This document shows, one piece after another, positions 1 through 12,944 of a stretch of DNA of 64,000 nt. A program made the translations under genes and the position numbers. Every line of letters begins with the position of its first letter. The stretch's first letter is position 1. The notes beneath the pieces were generated by a model. It had not been told where the DNA came from. It made no database searches and saw only the letters and a list, made by a program, of their open reading frames with translations. This DNA comes from the human T2T-CHM13v2.0 reference genome, Homo sapiens. The DNA lies in NCBI RefSeq assembly GCF_009914755.1, contig NC_060925.1. One strand, 5' to 3'.

Positions 1-1256
1 TGTCTTTTTTAAGGCAAGACCACTTGCCTATACATACTTGATTCCATCCTCTGTCTTCTCTGAGATTTCATAACATTAATTCTCTCTTGCATTTTTAATC
101 TTCAATTATAAAAATGCTCAAATATTTCCTCTTATAAATAGCATCCTCTCTTTGATTCCCACTTTGTTTTGTTCATTGAACTGATATCTATTATGTTATT
201 ATGTCATCGCCTCCCATGCCTCTTTAAAAAATTGTGTTGTGAAATATAACACTCATACACAAATGAATAAGATATAATTGTACAGCTAAAGAAATTATTA
301 TGAAGTAAAATCTGTATAAATACCACCTGTTCAAGAAATAGAACTTTGCTAGCATCTTTACACTTCCCAGTCTCAACCCCCTGAATTGACCACTATTTGG
401 ATGTTTATGGCAATCATTTCCTGGTTCTTTTTTTAATTTTACTACCTAAGTAAGCTAACAGTATAATTTAGTTTTTTAAATTTGTTTTTAAATTCTTTAT
501 GATAAAGTCTGATCTCTTCTGCTCAGTCTTGTATTTGTGAGATTCATCTATTTTATTGTTTATAGCTATGAGGCATTCATTTTCATTGTTGTATGAAATA
601 TTCATATAGCCCAATTTATTTATCGAGTCTACTATAGATTGTTATTTGTCTAAATATTTAAATTTTTTGCTATCACAAATGGTAGTGCAATAAATGTTGT
701 TGTAGATATCTCCTGGTACATGTAAATATGCATTATTGTTGAGTATATAACTAGCAGTGTGATTACAAGGTTTTAGTGTTTGCATATTTTCAACTTTACT
801 GGATGATGCTAAACTGTGTTCCTAAGTGGTTGGGGCAATTTACACTCCTGGCAATACTTGGTACTGACAGTCTTTTTAATTTTAGTCATTACAGTGTGTG
901 TCTAGTGGTGCTGGATATTAATAATATTGAGCACATTCTAATATATGTTAGCCATTTGGACATCCTCTTTTGTGAATTGTATCTTCAAATCCTTCATTCA
1001 TTATTCTACTGGGCAGTCTGTTGTTTTCTTATTGGGTGTAGAATTCATTATGAATTCTGGATATGAGCCCTTTGTTGGATATATGTATTGCAAGTAGCTT
1101 CTCTCACTCTGTGGTTTGCTTTTTGTTGTGTCTTTTGATGAATGGAAGTTCTTTTTTTTTAGTAATATGACTGTAAAAATAAAATTCATTTTTAGGTTAC
1201 AATTTGATGACTTTTGACTCAAGTACACATCCGTAATCATCAACCACTACTCCAAT

Positions 1257-1776
1257 TGTTGGGTCCCCCAATATCGTCTCTGCTTTCTTCCTGTGTCCTG
1301 ACCAAGGAAAACAGAATGCCTTGACTACTCTGTGACCTGGCCAGCTACATGTTTTTCCTGCATCCTTGAATCCAAGCTAGGGCGTTGAACATTCCCCACT
1401 ACTGATAAAGCTGTTTAGGTTGTTGCTGGAAACACAGAGATTGATTATGTTACTATACACGTAGAAGGCGTCCACCTTCGGAAAAATTCTTTAAGCTCTC
1501 ACATAAACTCCATAACCTGACCCCTCATTGCGGACATACTCAGGAAGAACATCTCCCCCTCACTGTCGCTCAGGCGGACCTGCTGCAGCCTCCTCCTGTG
1601 TAACTTGTAAGTTCCCCTAATAAATGCTTCAGATTGGTCACTCTGGAGTTTAGTGCTTCCTTCTCTGAAACCCAAGCAGGCCCAATCTCAGGAAGGTTTG
1701 GGACGGTCCCTTGAAGGAGTTCCCCTGCCACCATTCTTGGGGTGACTCCAGCTGCTGAGTTTGGCCGGAGAGAAAA
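1257..1776 (+). mobile_element. Solo ERVL-type LTR (MER54/MER73/MER74/LTR53 group)
   Basis: Starts TG, has AATAAA at ~1619, perfect 5-bp TSD CCAAT at 1252-1256 and 1777-1781; internal motifs gccttgactactctgtgacctggccagct and ttgaacattcccc..actgataaag. Confidence 0.75.
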
Positions 1777-2199
1777 CCAATCTACACGTACAACCTTTCC
1801 ACCTTTCCGCCTCCCCAGAACCTTTCCACCTCTCCAGAAAGTTCCCTCAGCCCCATTGCAGTCTCCTCCCCTCCTCTTCTTAGGTAATCACTGTTTTGAT
1901 TTCTATCACTGTAGATTAGCTTTGCCTGTTCTAGAATAAAGGTGTTATTGAATAATGTGTACTCTTCTGTGTCCAGCTTCTTTCACTGTCTGTGATTTCA
2001 TCTACATTATGTTGTGTATTGTGGTTTGTTCCCTTCTATTGGTGGCCAGTAGTCCACCATATAAATTTATTTAGCCATTCACCTTTGATGGATATTATGA
2101 ATAAAACTGCATAAATATTTAGGTGTAAGCCTTTTTATAGATACAGATTTTCACATCTTTTGGTAAATATCTAGGAGTGGAATTTCTATGTCTGTTTAA

Positions 2200-2770
<571 letters not shown>

Positions 2771-3479
2771 TAGGTTTTCTTAAATGGTCTGAAACAAGTA
2801 ATTACCTCAGAATAAAATATTTTAGGAACCAATGCTGGCAGGATTACATCTTATAAAGAGGATATTGTTCACCAGTTTTGGTTCTGAGCAATCTTGAGCT
2901 AGTCCAGTGCTGGTGTGAAGTGTGCTAGTGCTTTTTTTTTTTTTTAAATCAGGATGCATCTTGATGGTTGGTGTCATAATTTCTGTTTCAGTGGTCTTCT
3001 GAATGTCCAGAGCCACTGTAAGGGGAATTGCCTATGCAGGCCATGCCAAGTCTCAGAGCATAGCAGAACATATTATAATACTTCTGGTGCAGTAACAGGC
3101 CACTGTGCTTTTGGGGGTCCCTTTCCGGAAAGTAGCGGTCAGAATGATTGACAAAGGCCTTCTGCACAGTAAGATAAGGTGCTCACTTGAATGGAACCTG
3201 GGTAGTGGCAGGGCACTGACTTTCTTCCTAGATCATTCCCTGAGACTCACTCTAGGTGGTCTATGAATACCACCTCGCCTTTGTCCGCCTGGTCCTTTCA
3301 GATTGGTTCCCCTTATCTTCAGGCTCTACTGTCTCACCCTCTCAAAACAATTCCTCTAAAGGCTCTTAACCCACAACCCAGAGAAAATTATGTTCTCTGG
3401 TGGGAGAAAAGCTAGTGGTGGTAGAGATCAATAGGTGTTTACATAGTTTCCATTTTAACCTTCCTTTATAGTAATGAGC

Positions 3480-3848
3480 CCCAATTTCTACCTAGGCACA
3501 GTGCCATTTAGAATAAAATCCATATTTTTTAGATTTCCTTTTAACTAGGCAGGGCCATAAGACCAAATTCTGGGTCTTGAACATGACTTCCAGGAAGGCT
3601 TCTTGAAGGTGCTGGCTCACTGGGCGCTGTCTCTTTTGCTCTGCCCCTTCCCCCGCCCCCGGCATGTGGACACAGTCCCAGACATTCCAAAGGCATCTGG
3701 GATGATGAGGTGAGCTTGAGGGTGAAAGTGGAGCGGACAATAGGAATTACCCTCTGAATGTTTTTTTATGTGAAAGAATATAACTTTGCGGCTTTAAGCC
3801 ACATTTTAAGTTTTCTATCACATGTCATCAAATCTAGTCCTGATGTAC
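3480..3848 (+). mobile_element. MLT1J-like MaLR LTR relic
   Basis: ggccataagaccaaattctgg, acttccaggaaggcttcttgaag, catctgggatgatgaggtgagcttgagg, tttaagccac...aaatctagtcctgatgtaca end. Confidence 0.6.
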
Positions 3849-4819
3849 ATATATGAAATTTGGAACCTATTACAAGTAACAGAGTATAAAATGTGACTGA
3901 CTCTGAGTCATTCCAAATCTATTATTTATGGCTTAAACTTTTTGTCTAGAGTTCTTAGAAACCTAGATTTTCTTAAAGTAAGCTTTTGAAACATAATATC
4001 CAAGAATTTAATTTTTCTTTACCTGTGTCCAGCTTTAACAACCCTTCTTTGTTGCAGTGAAGGTGAGATGGACCTTATGGTTTGGGCTGAAGAAAAGATA
4101 CAAAAAAAAAAAAACAAAAAAAAACACAAGGGGAAAAGACAGATAAGTTAATATTTTAAAATACCATCCCATATCATATTAAATAAATATTTCTTCGACT
4201 ATTTGTAGCAAAATATCACCTTAGCACATTCTCAGTTTATGTTCCCATGTTACTAATAAAGTACAAGGCAATTTGGCATGCTTTTTTGTTATGATAATCT
4301 GTTTCCTAGAATTATTACTAATAATTATTCATAATTTCCATGGTGTTAAGATAGTATACTCAGAATGGCGCTAAACTTTTTGCTCTTATTTCTCCTGAAG
4401 ACACAGATTCCTATGAAAATAACACACAAAGGGGGCAAAAAGGAGAAAAATCTGCTGTGAATTTAATTTATGGTCACTTCTTGGTTTTCATTAGGCCCAC
4501 TGCTGGATTTACCTTATCAGGCCACAAAAATGTGAATTCCCAAGAAATCCAAGTAGAAAGAGAATAGAGAGAAGGGCAGAATACATTTGATTTCTTTAAA
4601 GTTAGAGCTTTGTTCTAGGCCCTCAAGTATGAAGTTATTTAGATCTATTTATAAATCATCTATGTATCTATATTGATAAACCAACTCCACGTGCAAGGGA
4701 GCATCTCAGTTAACTTTGAATGAATGAGGTTCCCCATGATCCAAAGGTCAGTTCCTTAATTAGCAAGGCCTTTTTGGAAACATTTTGGAGATGAAATATT
4801 TTAAAATGTTTTAGTCATG

Positions 4820-5024
4820 TGTATTAGTCTGTTCTCACATTACTATAAAGAACTACCTGAGACTGGGTAATTTACAGAGAAAAGAGGTTTAATCAGCTCT
4901 GAGTTATGTGGGCTACATAGGCTTCTACTTCTGGGGAGGCCTCAGGAAACTTACAATCATAGTGGAAGGTGAAGAGGAAGCAGGCATGTCTTACATGGCC
5001 AGCATGAGAGACAGAGACAGAGAC

Positions 5025-5069
<45 letters not shown>

Positions 5070-5253
5070 GAGAGAGGAAGTTCTATGCTCTTTATAACAA
5101 CCAGATCTCGTGAGAATTTATTCACTATCACAAGAACAGCAAGCGGTGAGTCTGCCCTCCATGATTCAATCACCTCCCACCAGGCCCCTACTCCAATACT
5201 GGATTACAATTTGACATGAGATTTGGGTGGGGACACAGAGCCAAACCATATCA
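4820..5253 (-). mobile_element. MSTA-type MaLR solo LTR
   Basis: tgtattagtctgttctcac...gagatttgggtggggacacagagccaaaccatatca termini; near-TSD gtcat/ttcat. Confidence 0.9.
5006..5075 (+). repeat. (GAGACA)n/(GA)n microsatellite inside the MSTA LTR
   Basis: Read directly. Confidence 0.95.
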
Positions 5254-5254
5254 T

Positions 5255-5549
5255 TCATCTGATAAGCAAAGTAGATTGAATATACTAAGGATGGTACAAC
5301 TGGGGTTGGTACTAACAGCTTTGATTACACCCTGTTGTGATATGAAGGAGCTCTCTGCAGTTCTACTGAAGTAGAAGAACCTCAGCTTCCATGTTTTGCA
5401 GTCATCTGATAAGCAGAGTAGATTGAATTTACTAAGTGCAATGCACCTGGGGGTTGGCACTAACGGCCCCAATTCCATCCTGCTGTGATATGAGGAAGCT
5501 CTCTCCAGTTCTATTGAGGGAGAGGAACCTCAGCTTCCACATTTTCTGA
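5255..5549. repeat. Diverged tandem duplication, 2 x ~147 bp, ~80% identical
   Basis: Both units start tcatctgataagca(a/g)agtagattgaat and end gaacctcagcttcca..tttt; unit starts 5255 and 5402. Confidence 0.92.
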
Positions 5550-5979
5550 ATGGTCCTATTGCCTTCAAGTTCCAGCAGGTGTTTGACACTCTTTTCCTTT
5601 TGCTACCTCTGTTTCATTTCTCTCTCTGTTTTTCCCTACTTGCCATTCTTGGTGCTTCTTTTAATCTCTGCCATTGTAGAGATTGGCTGCTTACTGATTT
5701 CTTTCCTCTTCTCTCTTTTTTGTCTTTTTTCTTCTTTGCTGTCTTCTCTTTCCCTTTTTTGCCACTTCTTCCAAATTTTATGGTTTTATTTTATGGTAGC
5801 AGGGGTTAGTTTTATAGCCATCATCATTAATCAGAGTGGATCTTCTTTTAGTTAGTACAACAACTGATCACAACAAATTTCCCTTGGTACAATTACAGGT
5901 TTTAGAAATTGGTTTTAAGTTCATGGTTTGCTCCTGAAGGTTGACAGTGCTTGACTGCATAAGTGGGGTGTTGTATGTG

Positions 5980-6140
5980 TAGAAGTCATAGACCTGAGAA
6001 CTAGAAAGAACTAAAAAGATCATCTAATCTGCTTTTTTGAAAAAGTGGGGCTACTGGGGTAAGTTACTTAACCAAGGCCACTCATATATCTGATAGCAAT
6101 ACTTGGGAGATAATTATATTAGCTCTTTAGTCCTATGTAT
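5980..6140 (-). mobile_element. MIR/MIR3 fragment
   Basis: agaactagaaagaactaaaaagatcatctaatc; aagttacttaaccaaggccac core. Confidence 0.55.
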
Positions 6141-6237
6141 AATGCAAAGAGAACTCAAGGAACCAATGAACAATTGTTGTCCAATAGTTATAACCTTTTA
6201 GGGAAAATATCTGCTCCATTCTGTTCTGGCACTTTAG

Positions 6238-6581
<344 letters not shown>

Positions 6582-6897
6582 TAAAATTATCCTTACACTT
6601 ATACTCACAGTGAATTCATAGAGTTTCTTCACAAATAAAAGCTATTTTCTTAACATTGCGATTATTTATGTATGAATACAACTTATAGTACCTGGTGCCT
6701 GAAACTTGCTATACTTCTTGTTTCATACATATTAGGAGTTTCAAATAACCAGATGATTTTTTGTTAGGGAGTAAGCATTCCATGTGTCACAAAATCTTAT
6801 ATTTACTTTAAAAAATCTAAATATTTTGCTGTCAGATAAATGAGCATATAATAAAAATCTCCTTTGGAGCTACATTTATGCATTTCATTTTATATAG

Positions 6898-7410
6898 ACA
6901 AATAGAATTTGAAACCTGGAAAGAAGCTTAGCGATTTCTGGTTCAACTTTCCAACCAGTGCAGTAATTGTTAAAAATTGTAACTGTGATAGCCATCCACT
7001 TCCTGCTTGAAAAACTCCAGAGATTAGTATCACCCTCATGAAGCAGCTGTTGTTACTGGACAGCACAGTAGACAAAAAGTTATTTCTTGCATTCAATCAA
7101 AATCTACATTTCTTAACCTATGGCTTTTTATTCTAGTTCTGGCCTCTGGAGCAACACAGAATTAGTATACTCTTCTCTGTATGACAGCTCTTCAAATATT
7201 TGAAAGTAGTTATTATGCCTTTTCTTATTCTTCACCTCCCAAGTTGCTTGAATAATTTATCAAAAATTATAGCTTCTCCCACTCACCTGGACATTTGCCT
7301 TTCATTACATTCTAATTGGTCAATGTCCCTCTTAAAATGCGGCATCCAGAATTGAATTCTATGTTATAGACATGGTTTAACTAGCCAGAAATACAGTATA
7401 ACAGTCACAG
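6898..7410 (-). mobile_element. L3/CR1 LINE 3' relic
   Basis: ctagttctggcctctggagcaacacagaa, tgacagctcttcaaatatttgaa, tcaatgtccctcttaaaatgcggcatccagaattgaa. Confidence 0.75.
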
Positions 7411-10400
7411 ATAGTGATCTGTGGGTAGCAATTTCTCAAGGGAGCCTCATCCTTGAGATAGACTAAGACTCTTAAAAGAAAGGGACTTGTAGGAAAACAC
7501 TTGGTAAATTGTAGAGTGCTTTATAAATGAAATAATTTGTTATGTCCCACTTAAGACTTTAAAATACAACAAATAATCAAAGAATGTAATTTTTTTACAC
7601 ATTCTTTATAGCATTTTACACAGGGCTGATTTCAACCGTTGTCTGCATAGGGCTAGTTTTTTTTTTTTTTTTCCCTGTGGAAAAGTAGAAAAACACTTTA
7701 AATCTCAGCCGTTATTCTGGGTTACTGGGCCCTTTCTTGAGTTGAACAAATTTTATAGTCTTTTTTAGGACATGATTTTTTGAAACAAATGATAAATGTC
7801 ATTTTTTTTACCTGTACATACTTATTTAATGAGGTAATAGCAGAATCTTCTATTGACAAGACCTTTTAATAAGTAGAACCACTTTTACATTTGAAGTAGT
7901 TTTAAATATGTAACCTATATTGCTTCAATTTTAAAGTAAATTTAAACTTCTCTGATTTTAGCTAATTTAGAGTGGAATGGGAATCTTACCTGAATATGGT
8001 TTAATATTGTCATCTAACCATTCATTCATTCTCAATTGCTTACTTAGTATTGATTACATGTTAAGGACTTGAAAAAATTAATAAATTGGTGTTTTTTCTT
8101 TCATTATTAACTCTAGAAAAGTTTTTTAAAAGAATAACTTTTTTCTAAGGTGTTTGGCATATATTTGTACACGAACATTCTGATTAAGGATTCTAACATT
8201 CTAACAGCAGGTTATAGTTGGCAAATACAAATGTGAATATGAATGTGCATAAATAAAATTGTGAAATATAAATATGTGGCCCCAATGGGATAATCATAAT
8301 GATGAGCACCCAGCACACTCCCTGGCACATAGTAGATTCTTAACTACTTAATATTCATATTTGCCATATGAATATTACATGTTAGGGGAATATTATTCCT
8401 AGTCTTGGCAGTGAACCTGTAATTACAATGGGAGATTGAGTCCTATAGATTTCTGTGCCATTGTTCAAATGAGTGAGACACTTTGGGACTGCACTATATT
8501 TTAAGACCTCATATCTCTTTTGGAGGAACATTATTTCTTGGTTGAAAGAAATTACTGTATTTTCTCAAACATGACAATATTGTGGTGGTTGTAGTTTGAT
8601 TTGTAATGTGTCAAACTCTAAAAAGCATAAATTGTTTAAAAATACATAAATACTCAGAATAAAATCAGTCATTTAGTACTAGCTACATTGGAAAGAAATT
8701 TAAGAAAAACCTAGTAAATCACTTTTAAGGATATAGTATTCTAAAATTTATTTAGAAATATAAGAGAAAATTAGAATTCTGGAGAATCATCCATTTTTTT
8801 GCACACTTTTAAAAAAATCGTGCAATTTAAATTTTTTTTCCTGTTACAAATCTTGGCAACTAGAGCAATGTAAATTAGAGGGTAATTGCTTTGTAAAATT
8901 AGATTTGAAGTCATGTAATTTAAATTTATACTAGTAGGTCCAGAATTTCCCTTTCTATTAAATTTACTTTCCTTTTAATAGTTTAAAAAATTATTATTCA
9001 AGTAAGTAAACATTTCCAGAGAAAGACTGTGTTTTCTTTTTAGAGTTTGTGAACTTAAATCTTCTTAAGCTAGGTATTATTTGGCTAATCATACAATTTA
9101 TACTCATAATAGGCTGAAGAGCTATAAATATTCTAATAGCTTCTAGTGGTTATTGTTTTTGGCAATATGATGTGTGGGCTTTTATATCAATATTAGTTAG
9201 TGTTTTTTAAACTTCATAGTATTTTCCTCCAGCAAAGAACTGGCTCTTTTCTGAGTAAGAAGAAAATTTTCGCTTAAAATGAGGCCATTTTGCATATTAA
9301 TTAGGAGGTCTTTGAACTCTAAGAATAAAATCCATTAATGCTTTGGGTATGGAACAATTATGCATTCAAGGACTTTAATTTTATGCTAATAATGTGACAA
9401 GCTTTACATTTCTTTGTTTTGTTTGCATTTTCTAAAGATAATTTAATGCAAATAATCCATCCATATACTGCATAGAGCGAGTCGGATGGTTTCCCTGTAG
9501 TTAAGATTGTATCAGCTCTCCTATTATAAATCTCTATTACCCATGGTTTATAATTTAATTGAAAAAACTCACTGCAGGCAGAAATTCAACACTTAGAGTT
9601 TCAGGCTAAAAGCAATATTTCTCTTTTTAAAAATTGCCCCCTCTATTTAATTTCATAGTTAATGGAAATATAAGAAGGATGATCCTGGAGCTGATTTTCA
9701 ACAAAGCCAAACAGATCATTGTCTATAACTAAAATAATTTCTAAATAACAGTAGTTGATATCTTATCAGTGGTCTAATACTACAATATTTAACTAAATAA
9801 GAAAAGACAACAGTGAATTCTGTTTATCCTTTTCCTATATGAAAAATACACACAAGGAGAACAAGAAACTTCTGTAAGATCAGACATGTGTAAAATGTAT
9901 AATTGACAATATTGTCTGAGGTGTTATGTTTTTGTTTGATTTCAAAGTGCATACTTTACTCCTTTTAGTTGATCTAGACTAATGCTATGGAATCTGCTTT
10001 TTGTTGAACCAATATAGGAACAGGGCATAGGGCAGGAAGATGCACGCTCTGAAATTCTTCACTTTATCTGTCTTCATCTTAAGTTTATACTTCAATTACC
10101 TTGATGGGATTCAGGGGTTAATTAACAGGCATAGCAACTTCAGCAGCCTTACCAAGTAAAACTGAGAAGAGTTTTTAGACCCATGATGGTTTTGTCATCA
10201 GCTTTTGAACTCAAATCCTGTAGTATGGAAAGGTTAACCTGCCAGGTAGTATGCAATCTCCAATCAAGAGTAGTGGTTTTATCAAGCCCAATGAGACAAA
10301 GAAAATATTAGTGAGTTAGAGCAATATGTACTCTATTTCCCTCAACCCATGAACATTTTCCTATTTAATTCTTACTTGTAACGCTGCATGTGACATATAT

Positions 10401-10519
10401 GCTATAATTTTTTAACTGTAGGTATTATTGGAAACTTGCTGAAAAATGATCTGGCTCTATATATGCAATGTATTGTGTTTCTAAATCAGTTTCCTTTGAG
10501 CCTCTAAGGAAAATTATTG

Positions 10520-10720
10520 AGGACAATAATACAAACTTACATCTCTTATAACACTTCACCATCTACAGAGGGCTTTAATACACATATGCACAAGTGCTTA
10601 GATAATAGAGAAAGCAGAAGCTAAAAGATTAAGTGACTTGCTCAAGATGATGAAGCTAACAAGTGGTGCTTAGTGCTAACATTCTGTCTTCAAGCTAATA
10701 CACCTTTTCCTGTAGCCCAG
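10520..10720 (-). mobile_element. MIR fragment
   Basis: gattaagtgacttgctcaagatga..agctaacaagtgg core. Confidence 0.6.
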
Positions 10721-10787
10721 TGGCTCACTCCTTAGTTCTTTTGGGGGACCTCATATTTTTAACTTTGAGAAATAGAGTCAGTGATAC

Positions 10788-11176
10788 CATCTTAGTTTGT
10801 TCCTAATGTTATAATAAAATATCTTAACTAGGAAATTTATAAGTAATAGAAGTTTATTTCTTACAGTTTTGGAGGCTGGGAATCCCAAGATTAAGGGGCT
10901 GGCATATTTGGTGCCTGGTGAGGGCTTGCTTTCTGTTTCACAGATGGTGCTTTGTTGATGCATTTTCTAGAAGGGACAAATGCGGTATCCTCACATGGTA
11001 GAAGGAATTGAAAAAAAAAAGGCAGCTCTCTGAAGCCTCTTTTATAATAGTATTAATACCATTAATAAGGGCAAAACCTTTAATCAGTCCCCAAAAGACC
11101 CCACCTGTTAGACTACACAATGGAGATTAAGTTTCAACATGAATTTGGGAGAGACACAAACATTCAGTACATAGCA
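10788..11176 (-). mobile_element. MaLR LTR (MSTD/MLT1A1-like)
   Basis: tttatttcttacagttttggaggctgggaatcccaagat; ttaagtttcaacatgaatttggga...aaacattcagtacatagca end. Confidence 0.85.
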
Positions 11177-11319
11177 GACATCATGAGGAGAATGCCTTGT
11201 ATTTACTTGAAGTGTGTCAGAAACTATAAGGGAATTTATAAAGTTTCTAGTCAAAATCTTAAAATATTCCATATTATCTTAGATTCATAAATAAATAACT
11301 TAAAGCTTAGATAAAATTT

Positions 11320-12897
11320 ATGTACATCTTAAGCATAACCTTGAATGTAAATGGATTAAATTTCTTATTTAAAATATATAGATTGGCTAAATGGATTAAA
11401 AAAAAACCCCTAAGACCCAACTATATGCTGCCTACAAAAAACTCATCTCACCAGCAAAAACACACATACACCAAAAGAGAAGGGATGGAAAAAGATACAC
11501 CATGCAATTAGAAACCAAAAATGAGCAGGAATAGCTATATATATATCAGACAAAACAGACTCCAAGTCAAAAGCTATACAGTCAAAGATGGACATTATAT
11601 GATAATAAACTGATTAATTCAGCAAGAGAATATTACAACTGTAAATGTATATGCACAAAACATCAGAGCACTCAGATATATAAAGCAAATATTATTAGAT
11701 CCAAAGAAAGAGACAGACTGAAATACAATAATAGCTGGGGACTTCAACACCCCACTCTCAGCATTGGACAGATCATCTAGACAGAAAATCAACAAAGAAA
11801 CTTTGGATTTAAATCATGCCACAGACCAAATAGACCTAACAGACATTTATAGAACATTTCACCCAACTGATGCAGAATATACATTTTTTTCATCAGCATG
11901 TGGGACATTCTCCAGGACTGACCATATGTTAGGACATAAAGCAAGTCTCAAAAATTTTTTAAGAATTGAAATCACGTCAAGTATCTTATTTGAACCATGA
12001 CAGAATAATACTAGACATCAGTAATAGGAAGAACTTTTGAAAATATACAAATACATGACAATTAATCAACATACTCTTGAATAACCAATGAGTGAAGAAA
12101 GAAATTAAGAATAAAATCTACAAAATTTCTTGAAACAAATAAAAATAGAAATATAACATACCAAAACATTTGAGACACAGCAAAAGCAGTATTTAAAAAA
12201 ATTATTAACTTTGTACAAGTTTAGAAAAGCAGTATTAAGAGGCAAGTTTATAGTAATAAATGCCTACATAAAAACTAGATATATTTAAAACACCGTAAAG
12301 ATGCATCTGAAGGAACTAGAAAAGCAAAAATAAACTAAACCCAAAATTAGTAGATGGAAAGAAATAATAAAGATTAGAGCACAAATAAAGGAAATTGAGA
12401 CTAAAAATACACACAAAAAATCAACGAATAAAAATACTTCTTTGAAAATGATAAAAAATTGACAGACTAAGAAAAACAAGAGAGAAGACCCAAACAAATA
12501 AAATCATAGATGAAAAAGGAGACATCACAATGAATACCACATAAGTAAAAAATCACTAGAGAGTACTATGAACAACTATATGCCAATAAATTTGAAAACA
12601 CAAAGAAAATAAATAAATTACTGGACACAGACAACCTAAAAAGATTGAATCAAGATATAGAAAACCTGAACAGACTAAAAACATATAACAAGAGTGAATC
12701 AATAATAAAAAGTCTCCTAACAAAGAAAAGTTCAGGACTGAATGGCTTCACTACTATATTCTATCAAACCTTTAAAGAAAAATGAATAACAATTCTTTCA
12801 AACTATTCAAAAAAATTAAAGCAAAGGGAATTCTTTTTGATAACTCATTCTGTGAGGCCAGCATAACCCTGATGCAAAAGTCATATATGGACATAAC

Positions 12898-12944
<47 letters not shown>

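Noticed and set aside
4045-4070. Acceptor-TGAAG-donor microexon
   Set aside because: 5 nt, frame-shifting, no supporting context
5251-5478. 75-aa ORF with a 49-aa repeat as a real protein
   Set aside because: Frameshift between units and substitutions spread over all codon positions
5550-5855. Hydrophobic 101-aa membrane-protein-like ORF
   Set aside because: Artefact of a T/C-rich tract giving F/L/S codons
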